DNA of 64,000 nucleotides from Elusimicrobiota bacterium (GTDB lineage Bacteria; Elusimicrobiota; Elusimicrobia; JACQPE01): NCBI GenBank assembly GCA_016180815.1, contig JACPAN010000013.1, positions 54,939 to 118,938 of the forward strand, read 5' to 3'. Shown piece by piece: positions 18,760 to 30,300 of this stretch (position 1 is its first letter; each line of letters starts with the position of its first letter). The notes under the pieces were generated by a model. It saw only the letters and a program-made list of their open reading frames with translations, ran no database searches and was not told where the DNA came from. The position numbers and the translations under genes were made by a program.

Positions 18760-20075
18760 TGAATTTGAATATTCGACCCACTAACGGGAAACGTCCTGTT
18801 GTCGTCATCGGCGCCGGCATCGCAGGGTTGACGGCGGCTTGGGAACTTAAGAAAAAAGGACTGGACGTTATTGTTCTTGAGGAAACGTCGCATATCGGCG
18901 GCCGCATCTGCTCCGTTGAGCAAAACAATTGCACATTTGAATCGGGCATGCAGTTTTATTACTCAGCCTATAGAGAGGCGCGGCACTTGCTGCGCGAAAC
19001 GGGCATGCAACAACATTTAATACCGGCCCCGATCTCTGGTCTCATGACCTGGGAAGGGCGCATCGGAACATTCGAAAAAACAAAACCCTGGTTGAATTTG
19101 CTGGGGATCAAGGAAAATCTCTCGCTTTGGGCAGCCATAGCCAAACATGCCGGGGCATTGGCTGCGCTCGATATTTTTAATTTTAAAGGGGACGAAGCGC
19201 TTGACCGCATCGACGCGGCCGAATATTTCAAACACAAGTGCGGCGCCAAGGTCTTGGAGTTGGCCATCCGGCCAATGACCACCTCCTATGCATTCGTTGA
19301 GCCCGAAGGCCACAGCCTGGCCATGCTGCTTAAAATCATCAAACTGGGCGCTATCGCAAAAATTTACGCCCACACGCAAGGAAACGACGCGTTGGCCAAA
19401 GCCATGTCCAAGCAACTGGCGGTCATTCAAGGGCGGGCCACCGGCGTGACCGTGCGCCACGGGCAAGTGGAATCGGTCGCTTACAGAGCCAATGGCCGCG
19501 AAGAGACCGTGGAAACAAATCATGTTGTCTGCGCTGTGCCGCCGCCCCAGGCCGTTTCACTATTTTCTTCGCAGCCGGAGCTTCAGGGAGCTTTTGGAAG
19601 AATTCCTTATTCCGCGACCATCATGGCTCATTTCTTTCTTGATCGCGCCATTGAGGGCAAGCATTGGGTTTACGTGCTTTCCCGCCACGACGGGCATAAA
19701 GCCGCTTTCGCCATTGACTGCAGAAGGCGCTGCCCGCCTCTTTTTCCGGACGGCAAAAGCGTGATTCAGGTATCCTTCGTTAATCCCACGGCAACAGCCT
19801 TAATGGCTGTCGACGACGAAACGATTCTCAAGCAGGCGCTTAACGATATGAAGGTCTATTTGCCGGACCTCGAGTCTATGATAAAACGAACCTCGGTCAT
19901 CAGACGGCCCCTGGCCGTGCCCACCTATCACGCGGGCATGTTCGGAAATATCCGCGATCTTGAAACGCAAGCCGCGCGCATTCAGGGCCTGCGGCTGGCC
20001 GGCGACTACCTGCGGGCGCCCCTGATCGAAGGCGCGATTCGTTCCGCCAAGGCTGCTGCCGGCGCGGACCAGTAA
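18759..20075 (+). CDS. FAD-dependent oxidoreductase (amine oxidase / protoporphyrinogen oxidase-like)
   Basis: N-terminal dinucleotide-binding fold VVVIGAGIAGLTAAWELKKKGLDVIVLEETSHIGGRI; GGAGG RBS 10 nt upstream of ATG 18759; start overlaps upstream stop. Confidence 0.75.
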   Translation: MNLNIRPTNGKRPVVVIGAGIAGLTAAWELKKKGLDVIVLEETSHIGGRICSVEQNNCTFESGMQFYYSAYREARHLLRETGMQQHLIPAPISGLMTWEGRIGTFEKTKPWLNLLGIKENLSLWAAIAKHAGALAALDIFNFKGDEALDRIDAAEYFKHKCGAKVLELAIRPMTTSYAFVEPEGHSLAMLLKIIKLGAIAKIYAHTQGNDALAKAMSKQLAVIQGRATGVTVRHGQVESVAYRANGREETVETNHVVCAVPPPQAVSLFSSQPELQGAFGRIPYSATIMAHFFLDRAIEGKHWVYVLSRHDGHKAAFAIDCRRRCPPLFPDGKSVIQVSFVNPTATALMAVDDETILKQALNDMKVYLPDLESMIKRTSVIRRPLAVPTYHAGMFGNIRDLETQAARIQGLRLAGDYLRAPLIEGAIRSAKAAAGADQ

Positions 20076-20103
20076 CAAATAATGTCAAATATATCGTGTC
20101 CAT

Positions 20104-21195
20104 ATGATTTTTCTTTTATTGATTCTACTCGCGCCGCTTAACCTAAAAGCCGCGACTATTGATCTGCATTTGCACATGGCCACGGATGTAGCCCTGCCTC
20201 TGTTTTTTGACGGACGGCCCTCTGAGGGCCCGGCGCAGGCTCAAAAACATACGGAAATTTTCAAAAATCAAATCAGCGTCAAAGACTTGCGCGCGGGCAA
20301 TGTCCGGCTAGTCATGGCCACCATTTACGCTTTTGACGTCGTTTCCCATCTGCGGGGCGGTTATTTAAAAGAAATACACCGTCAAATCGAAGCCATTGAA
20401 AAATGGACTGAGGAAAACAGCGAAACAGCGATGATTGTGCGTTCGCCTCAAGATGCTGAAGCGGTATTAAGTTCAAATGAATATCGCCTGGGCCTTATTC
20501 TGGCCGTCGAAGGAACGCACGGCGTCACGTCCCAGGCCGCGGTGGATTCGCTTTATGATGCCGGCGTGCGCATGATTACCATCGCGCACATGTCGAAAAA
20601 AAGCCCCTGGGCAGGCGCTGCGGACATCCGCTATGTCTTTTTTTCCAACTGCCTGCATAAGGGCAAACCTAATTCCAAACGCAATCCTATCGGTCTGACC
20701 GAATTGGGCAAAGAACTTTTGCCTTATGCCGTTAAAAAAGGAATTCTCATTGATCTGGCTCATTCGAGTGATCGGACCTTTCGCGATGTAACGGCACAAA
20801 TGCCCAATATGCCGCTTCTTTTTTCTCATGAAGCAGCCAGGGAGTTGACCCCCTGCGAGCGCACGGTCGATCAAGCGAAACTCGACTATGCGAGAAAATC
20901 CGGGTCCATGGTCGGCTTAAGTTTTGATGCTCGACGAACAGGGGGGACGATCGCTGATTTGCTTGAGCACGCCAAAATTATGGTTCGAGACGGCGGTTAC
21001 GGGGTTTTGGCGCTCGGAACTGATTTTAACGGCTTCCCACCCAGGGCGCAGGGCCTGGCCACGACCGAAGGGCTGGCCGAAGTTCTCTCCTCTCTGGAGC
21101 AAGCAGGCGTCACCGGCCCCCGCCAAAGTGCGGAAAACTTTCTTAATCTTTGGCGGCGATTCCTGGGATATTCCGCCCACATTGCGGCCAGATAA
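20104..21195 (+). CDS. putative M19-family (membrane/renal-type) dipeptidase, secreted
   Basis: Signal-like N-terminus; IDLHLHMATD, LAHSSDRTFRDV and LALGTDFNGFP resemble M19 metal-binding motifs; family call from memory. Confidence 0.55.
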   Translation: MIFLLLILLAPLNLKAATIDLHLHMATDVALPLFFDGRPSEGPAQAQKHTEIFKNQISVKDLRAGNVRLVMATIYAFDVVSHLRGGYLKEIHRQIEAIEKWTEENSETAMIVRSPQDAEAVLSSNEYRLGLILAVEGTHGVTSQAAVDSLYDAGVRMITIAHMSKKSPWAGAADIRYVFFSNCLHKGKPNSKRNPIGLTELGKELLPYAVKKGILIDLAHSSDRTFRDVTAQMPNMPLLFSHEAARELTPCERTVDQAKLDYARKSGSMVGLSFDARRTGGTIADLLEHAKIMVRDGGYGVLALGTDFNGFPPRAQGLATTEGLAEVLSSLEQAGVTGPRQSAENFLNLWRRFLGYSAHIAAR

Positions 21196-21198
21196 AGT

Positions 21199-21216
21199 TA
21201 ACCTTCTGTTAACCAT
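21199..21216. promoter_or_regulatory. GTTAACC-N4-GTTAACC motif upstream of the giant gene
   Basis: gttaaccttctgttaacc directly after the dipeptidase stop, about 115 nt before ATG 21331; related motifs at 48442 and 51096. Confidence 0.25.
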
Positions 21217-21330
21217 TTTTTGACTTTTCCTTAACCCCGGCTTCCCAGGACTTTTTGCCCTATTTCCATAGGGCTTTGTTCTCTAGGGCCCTTGCGCGGT
21301 TTCCCTTAGACTAAAGCTAAGAGAGCGACC

Positions 21331-24300
21331 ATGAAAGGGAAAAAACATAGTCGAGGAAAGCGCAAGGTTCCGCAGACTGATCTGAGCATCCTCTACCTTT
21401 TATCCGAGCGGGAAAAGGCGATCAGCCCCAAAAAATTTTTTAGCTTTGTAATCACGCCCACTATTAAGGTTCTCAAAGAAACCAAACATTGGACCCCGAA
21501 GTCTTTTATCAGCATTCTGCTGGCCATCTCGATTTTGCTCACCGCCCCAGGTTTTGAATGTTACCAGGCATTGGGGTCTGCTCTTGAGGCATCGGGGCCC
21601 AAGGAAACCGCTTTAAACGTCCAAGCTTTATGCTTTGTGCCCCGATCTATAGCCACGGCGCGCTTGGAGCTGGCCTTCCAATCCCTGGGAACTCTCTCGC
21701 CGGCTCCGGTCTGGAGCAACGAGACCAAAAGCGCCGTGGCTGATTTTCTGGAGCGCCATGCCTGGGCTGAAAACCCGGCCGGCTGCGCCGATGTTCATGC
21801 CATTGTCACGGATAAAGAAGTCCAGGTATCGCGCGGTTCCTTTTTGTTTTCCGGCCGCTTGGCAGCCACGGACATAAGGGGAAAAACGGAAACAGCCCTG
21901 ATCGTCAAAGCCTATATCAAAAAGAAAGACGGTTATATTCCTGTGGCCAATTTTCTGGATGAACAATATTTTGGTTCAGGCGAGATGGTGAGACATAGAA
22001 TCCGCCCCGGATTAGGAGCCAAGGCGGTTCATGATGTTATTGCCACCAGCTTCAAGCGTCATCCTGTGGCCAAAATTTGGAAGGAAACAGGCGAAGAAAC
22101 AAAAGCCAATTACACGGCTTATGAGGAGCCGGACTTTGCCACGCTGTACGCCAAAAAATTTGAAGAAATACCGGTTTTGCGCGAAGTGACCGATATCGGC
22201 AAAAGCGCGGTGTTGGGCACGGTCGGCCTTGTGCACCATGGCGCAGGAGGAGCGACCGCAGCCGCCGGCGCCCTCGCCGGTTACTTCGGTGAAAAAGATT
22301 TATCGAAACGCTTAAAAGCCGTTTCCGACGGCGCTCACGCGGCCGGTTATGCGACCTGGGCCGATGTCGGCATCAGCGGACTGACCAAAACCGAAGATTC
22401 CAGAGAGCGGGCTCTTTTGGCCGCCGGGGAATACCTTGACCCTGCGGAAGTGGATGGTTTGGCCATTGAAACGCATAAAAGTGGGATCAAGTGGATCGGA
22501 CCAAGGAAATACTACGCCATGGTTTTCGGCGACCGTGGAATAAAAACATTGGAAGCTCTGACCGCAGGCATTCACGGGGAATGGTCCTCGGAACATGCCG
22601 CCTCCGAATATTTTAAATACGCGGAAAAAGCAAAGGGAGCGGCCAAATACGCTTGGATGGGAGCCGGGGTGTTGACGGCCACGGGCCGCATGCTTTTGGA
22701 ATCAGCTCCCTTGATGCTGGCCATGCCTGCCGTTGAAACCGGCGCAGCAGCCGCAGCCGCCCGTGGGGTTCATCTGGCCGAAGGTTCGGCCCGGGCGGCT
22801 ATGGCTGCTGCGCGAGGCGTTCATGTGGCCTTTAAAACAGGGGTCCTGTCCACCATGGTCGGCATCCCCATGGCCCTGGAAGGCGCGGCCACCGTCACAT
22901 CCGCCAAAGAGTATTTGAAAAATCCGGAGAATCCGTACGCGGTTTCAGCGCTGTATCAGCATATCGGGGGACTGGCTACGTCCATGATCGGTCTGCCTGC
23001 TTTTGCCAAGGTCTATGGGAAGGCTTCAGCCGCCATTGAAAGAAAAGTCGGTGGTTTTGCCAAGGCCGCCCCGGTTGCTGCGAGCAAAGAAGTGCTTGCT
23101 TTGGATGAGGCTGGAAGCCGCCTGGCCAGAGCCGTTGACGAAAGGGCCGGCGGGACAACCGGAACCGGGGAGGTCGCTCGAGCGATCAACCATTACAACG
23201 AACAATTAAAGGCCCTTTTTGACTCAGGCAAAGTCAACAATGGGGAAGGCCGGGTCATCGAAAAACTGACCCCCGGCCAGCAAGAGCTGTACGATATGGC
23301 CATGAACGAAATAGCCAACGCCAAAAGTTCCGAGGATGTCCACCGGCTTTATTTGAAACTGGCCACCGGCGGCGGCAAAACCGTTTTAGCGGGCGGCGCT
23401 CTTTATCCCGTTGTTTCGGCCATGGCCGGCTTAAGGGGAGCGGAAAAAATCATTTATTCGGCGCCGACCCCCGAGCTTAACCTTCAGGCGAGGAATGAAA
23501 TGGCCGCGTTCCGGGGCGGAGCGTTGCCTTCCGATCTAGAATTCGCCACGCACGCCGAGCTTATCAGCCGCGCCAATCTGGAAAAAAGCGGACGCGCCGG
23601 GGCCGCTACGCCGCTTGAGAAATCCGCCCTGCTTTTGGATGAAGCGGACGCGCCCTTTACCGAGCCCGCCATCAGCCACGGCAAGCCATCGGGAACAATC
23701 CCAAAAACTTACGCCGACAAGACCGGCAAGATCGCGGAAAACCCGGTTTATACCCTGCTTCGTTCCATGAGAGACCGCACCGAGATGCTGTCTTCGTCAT
23801 TGCGAGGAGCGAAGCGACGAAGCAATCCCATTAATGAGATTGCTTCGGCTCCATCGGAGCCTCGCAATGACGGTGGTATTGGATTAAACCGCGGCCTTGA
23901 ACTTGAAGCCGGCCGATTTGCCGAACGTTTTAAGGCCGTTGCCCGCGACTCCTCATTGCCCAAAGAAATCAGAAGCGGCGCCGAGCACTATGCCAAGAAT
24001 CCTAATGCTTTAAAAGAAATCAAGAATTTCTCCGAAGCCTTTTTATCGTTGGATTCTTTGGGCGGCCGCTACCGCGTGGACAATAAAGCCGGACGCATCA
24101 TCCCCAAAACAGAGTCAGGAACCTGGAGCGAGACGCTGGACATCCCAGCGCGCCGCTACCTGGAACTCAAACATAACTTGGATGTCACCAAACCCTACGA
24201 GCACAAATCCGTTTCCAATATGGCCGATGTTTTGGAAAGGGCCAAGGTGGTTATGGCTTTTTCCGGAACCAAGCCCCAAGCCATTGAAGGCACGCTCAAG

Positions 24301-27300
24301 CGATTGGGATTTAAAGAATTAGGCAAACCCACGCCGGCGCAGGAAGCGCCTATTGATTTTGCCGCTACGGCCTCCGCCAAATACGCCAATTTAGCCCGGG
24401 CCGTGCGCGAGAACGCCCGCAATCCGCAATCCCTGAGCATTGTCGCGGCAAAAAATACACGGGATATTCGTGTTTTGAGAAGACTGCTTTCGCCGTCGCT
24501 TAAACCCGCTGAAATCGCGGTTTGGGCATCCGGCAAATATGAGCTTAAAAACAATCCAAAAGCTGCCGCGAGTTTTAATATTGAAGCCTTAAAAAGAGGC
24601 ACGGCCCGGGTTCTCCTTTTGGAAGCGCCCGTGGCGGGCCGGGGTATTGACCTGCCGGGTCAAGCGCTTTACAAGAAAGTGTCCATGTTTATTTTGGACC
24701 CTCACGAACTGCCCCAAGTTTTTTACGCGCAAATCATGGGCCGCATTTTGGGCAACCGTTTCCCCAATGCCGATAAGGAATTCAAGCTTTTTGCCGATGC
24801 CCAGACCGCCGGAAGAAACCCCTATCTTATGGCCGAAGCCAAAAAAATGGGTTTTGAGAGCGTCACCGAAGAAGTCTTGAAAGCCAACATGGAAAAAGTC
24901 CAGTTGGCGGCCGAGGAAAAAGCCGTGGCCTCGTCCGCCGTCAACATAATGGCCAAACCCAGCGCTAAAGCGGCGTTGAAAACCGCTTTTGCCCCACTAT
25001 TAACGCCGCGGCGGCTGATCCCGATAGCGGTCGGGGTCGCCCTGTCCTTGGTTGTCGCGCCTTCGATCGCCATGGCTGCTGTGTCGGCTCTGGGGGTTGC
25101 CGGCGCCGGGGTCACATTAGCCTCTCATGCCATTCAATTGGGCCTGCCCATCGCAGGCGCGGCCTTAACTAGAGGGATCGTCAGTTTGATGGGAAGGGAA
25201 TCTGCCGCTTCTGTCATTGCGAGTGAAACGAAGCAATCTCAAGCTGTCACGAACACTTCCAATAACTCTAAGATTGCTTCACCCAAGGCTCGCAATGACG
25301 AAAAACAGCAAGAACCTAGGAATCTTGCCTTGACCGCGATTTTGGCCGCTGTTCCTTTCCTCCTCGGCATGGCCGCGCCGGGGGGAGGCGAGGGGATGGG
25401 AGGCTTTGCGGCTTTGGCCGGGTTGGGCCTTGGGGCTTTGGGCATGGCTTTTTGGAGGCGTTCTCCAAAACCGGCCGAGGTCAGCTACGCCGAGTGGGAA
25501 GAGAAGGCTTTAGACATTCTTAGCAAAGGCGCCTACCCCGCAACAATCGCTCAAGCGGCACAAAAGCTCGATGTCTCCGGTATTCGCCGCTTGATGAATA
25601 AATTGATCCAAGTGACGTTTAATCCCGCTTCTTCGAATGTCCTTATTGGGCCTGATTTTGATCTCCATGGCGAACGCATTAGCCGGTTATCCCGAATCAT
25701 GCTTGAACTCTATACGGATAAAAAATACGGCTGGGGGGATCGGCCTCATGAACAAGAAATCTTCCGCGATTTATTCCAAGCGATCTATGCGAAACGGGAA
25801 ATAAGAATGACTGAAGAATCTTGGAAAAGCATGTCGGATGCTGTTTTGGCCGGCCATGCCCACAATAATTATTCCGCCGGACTTTATGAGGCCTATTGGC
25901 TCCCCCGGATCAATATCGTAATGACACTAGCCCGCCAACCCTCCCTAGCAAAGAATTTGCCCGGTCTTGATTCCTTCCTGATAGGATTCATCAAAAGTGT
26001 TCGCGCGTTGCGTCAAAACGTTAACCGCTTGAATGAGCCGCTCAAAACCAGAATCAATAACATCATTAAAACACCGAGTAAGAGTGTAGTTAGCGACAGC
26101 ACCTTGCTCAATCTTATATGTTTCCTTGAATCGCATATGAGCGCCAACCCCGAATTCTTCGGCGGGCCCTGGGCCGAAGAATTAAAGACGGAACTTTTGG
26201 ACATAGCCACTCATCCCGAGATTGAGGCAACCGTCAGAACCCAGGCCCGAATGCTTATGGAGCGCCTTGAAACCTTGGATACATCGCCGCGCAATACTGC
26301 CCTAGCGCCTACGACCGAAAAGGCGGCCGCGCCCCCGGCGCCGGCTGCCCAGACCACGACCGCGCTGGTTGCCGCCAACCGTAACCATCAGGCAACGTTG
26401 GACTACCTGGTGATGATTGCGAATGAACATAATGAAAAATTGACTGCTATCAACAAACGATGGGACAAAATTTTCTACGCGGCAATGGCTGTAACAATAG
26501 GCACAATTTTTGTTTCCATCCCAGCCGTTTTTGCCGTCGGACTTGCGTCATTGCTGTTTGTCCTGGCAGGCCATAAAAAGCAGTCTAGTTCAATCAAAAA
26601 AGCATTAGCCGAAGACCAAGCTTTGACCGAAAATCCCCATTTTATCGAAGCCTTGGAAGAGATTGAGCGAGAGTCCCCTGAGAATCTTAAAGCCCGGTTC
26701 GCAGAATTGGAGAGACGCATGAGCGCAGGGGAACTGCCTGCCGCCCTGCCTCCGGCTCAGCAAAGGATCCATGTAGAGGGGTCCGCCGGGGTCACCATTG
26801 ACATTGACGCCCAAGAACTCGAAGCCGATGCGAACGAAGTCGTTTTGTCCCGGCCCCCCCAGACCGAGCGCGGCCGCAACGGCCAACGCGGGTTTGCCTT
26901 GGTGGGATCATTGCTGGCCGCGCTGGGTCTTACGACCGGACTCATCGGTCTGGCCCTTTTTGTCCTGGGCATGATGGTGCCGGGGGGAGGGGGTGTGGCG
27001 GCAGCCGGAGCTCTAATTTTTGGCGGCGCTGCGGCCTTGGGCTCTCTGACGGTTGGTTTCAAATGGCTTCGTTCCAAGTATAGATCGCTACCAGCGCCGC
27101 AAAAGAATCCCGAATACACAACTTCCCCGAGCCCGTCATTGCGAGCCACGGGCGAAGCAATCTCAAAGAAGGGGTCCCCCTTATATGAGATTGCCACGGA
27201 CCCTGTGGGTCCTCGCAATGAAAAATCTGTGGAAGTTCTGACCGGATACCCCGCAAGCGTTTTTGATGCTTTGACCCGTGAGCAGAAAGCCGCCTTCGAG

Positions 27301-30300
27301 AAGCGTTACCTCGACTACCTGCGCCGGCGCGATGGCGAACAACCGGATTGGAGCAATCCCTTGGCCCCGGTATTGAGCAAACGCGAAACATTTTTCCGTA
27401 ATCTGGAAGCCAACCCCATTGTCCGCCGGGGCGCCCCTATCGTCAACCAGGCTGATTTTACGCGTCATGAAAATAATCACCGGCCCGAAAAGGGCCTTGA
27501 TCAAGCCATGCTCTGGGCACTGGCCATGGCAAAAGTCAATCGTTCGGAACGCTACGGGGTAGAGTACGCGCTTGGGCGGGCCGATTCATCAAACTACGGC
27601 CCCAACGATATCCTGGGGCGCATCAATGCCCAGGAGTTTTACCATACGAGGATTTTACGGGACGCGCTCAAAGTCACCGGCATTGAAATGCAAATGCTCC
27701 CGCCGCATCCCGTCACCGCTTTTTTGGTGCGCTTGCTTGTCCTTTTGCCCAAACCCATCGCCAATATCCTTATTTTTTGCGGGGAAGTAGGGGGCGTGGC
27801 AGCCTTCCGGCTATTGAGGGATAAGGCCCGAGAACTCTTTAAAGACCAACCGGAGTCCTTAGCGCGCATCGAGGAACTCATCGGCCAAATTCTGGTGGAT
27901 GAAGTGGGCCACGTGCATTACGTGCGCAGCCAACTTGGGCCTGTGCGGCTTAAAATCGCGCGCTGGATTCTGCCTGCTTTTTCGCGCTACCTGGCCAGCG
28001 ATATGCCGGAGCTTGAAATGCTTTTTGGCCGCAAACAATTCATGCACGCCATCACCCAAGCCGACGTGGAAGGCGCCGCAGCCCAATACCCGGACCGCTT
28101 GACGTTTGAGGGGTCTGCCCCGGGTGATTCTGTCATTGCGAGCGAAGCGAAGCAATCTCCAACTGGAATCAACATGTCCAGCGGCTTTGAGATTGCTTCG
28201 CCCGGGGCTCGCAATGACGGGAAAAAAGAAGATTTTAGGTCAAACCCCCGGCACTCTTGGGCCATTGATTTCGTCCCAAATGGTTTTGACGCCTATAAAC
28301 AGACTAGGCCGCCAAAAGTTGACCCCGGCAACATTCGGTTCTCGCAAAACAATGAGCGGGGGGAATTGCCGGCCCAATCCCATGGCCCGGCGCATTACAA
28401 GACTATCATCGCTGAACATCCCATAATCGGTTCCTTGAATTTTTCGGAAAACTTAGGCATGGAAAGCGCCGTAGAGGAGATAAACAAGACCAGGGATTAT
28501 TTGGCCGTTGAATCGCTTTTGCATTTGGATACTTTTGAGATGGATGGTCTTATTAAAAGAGATATCTTGACTCGCTCCCATTGGTCCAAACGCTGGGTTT
28601 CGTACTGGACTTGGGCGCTCAGGCTTCATGGCCCGCGCCGGATGGATTTTTTAGACGATCACCGCCCTTATAAATCCGGGACACCAGAACCCCCTCACCC
28701 TACCCTCTCCCCCAACTCCCCTAAACCCAAGAAAAACGATCTCCCATTCGTTCCCTCCGGTTTTTCCTTGCTGGCCGCCCTGGGAGGGGGGCTTCTTTTT
28801 CTGGCCCCCAACACAGCCCACGCGGCCGTGGGTTCAATCGCTTCCGGCAACGCCTCATGGTTAGTCCTTGGAGGGTTGGGATTAGGGGTCCTGGGGATGG
28901 CGCTGGCCTGGAACTTTTTACAACGGTTGGGCCGGTGGCTGGCGAATAAAATACGCTCGCCCGATGATGTTTTACAAACGCTGACGCAAGACACCGATCC
29001 GGTGACGCAACATGCGGCCTTAAAAAATCTTAAGTCAAGAAAACGGCGTTCTGTGTTTAATTTTTTCGGGTTGCCGGCTCTCCTAGCGGTTGCGCCCATT
29101 CTGCTGGGCATGGCGCCGGCGGCGGGCGATGGGGGACTTTTAACGGTCTTTTTTGCCGGAAGTTTGATCTTGGCTGTTTCCGTGATTTATGGCCTCTCAA
29201 GACCGGGCTCGCTAAAAGGCCCGGGGTTAATTTTTGATCCCATCACTAAGGATTTGTTTTGGAATGACGGCATAGGGACGATCGTCAAACTTACTGAGAT
29301 TCAATCGAACCCGGAAGGCACAAAATTTGTCGCTCTTTACCCGGATGGAGAAACTTCTATTTTGTTAACCGATAAAGCCGTCCAGATGATGTTCGGAAAA
29401 TTTATCGGGTTTAGCCCTGACGGAAGCAAGATGATGACAATGATGAACCCAACGAGCCATTATATAGCGGATGCCGTCACCGGAAAGGGCTTTTATTCCA
29501 TTTCCAGCATTGAAGTCCCCGTGTTTAGCCCAGACGGCAAACAAATAGCGGTTAATCTCGGATTGAATCCATTCAAAAATGAATTTAATTTGAGCTTCAT
29601 GAACGCAGAAGATGTCAAAAAAGCCGGCCCGATAATCAACCTGCCGCACGCTAAAGATCAATTATGGTGGCCCAGGAACGAAGCGAAAGTTATCGTCAAA
29701 ACAAAAGGCGGCACTTGGCATATATTTGATTTGTTAAGCGGGAAGGAAATCTACAAGGCTCGAAAAAAACCGCTTCTGCCCGATGAGGCTTGGCAGGAGG
29801 GCGGTCTTGTCCATACGCCTGGACATTCTAAAAAAGCGTTGCTCAAACTAATCAGTTCAATCAGCAAGGGGCTCCCCGGGCTGGCCATCAAGGAGGGCGT
29901 GGTTGAAACCACCGGTCCCAATTTAACCAACCTCTCGAATTTCATCGCCGGCCCCGCCACCGTTGAGAAAAAGAAAGAGCGCGAGACGATCAACGTCCCT
30001 TTATCCAGATGGTCCGAGTACGTCGAAATCGGGAGATACAAACTGCCCTATATTCTCCCGCAATTAAAGACTAAGGCGACAGTGGTTAATGAATCGCCGA
30101 TCGTGGCCTGGGTGAGGGCCGACGATGAAAAACCAAACGAAAAAAAAGACATTCTTGAAAAATTTGAGGTTTTCGACGCGCTGATCGCCGCCAATTTTGC
30201 CGCTTTAGGCCTGATGGCCTCCGCTTCGCAAATGGGCTTGACGAAAAAAACCGCTCAGGCGATTTTGGAAAAGGCGGCAGATATGACCCGAGCCTACGTC

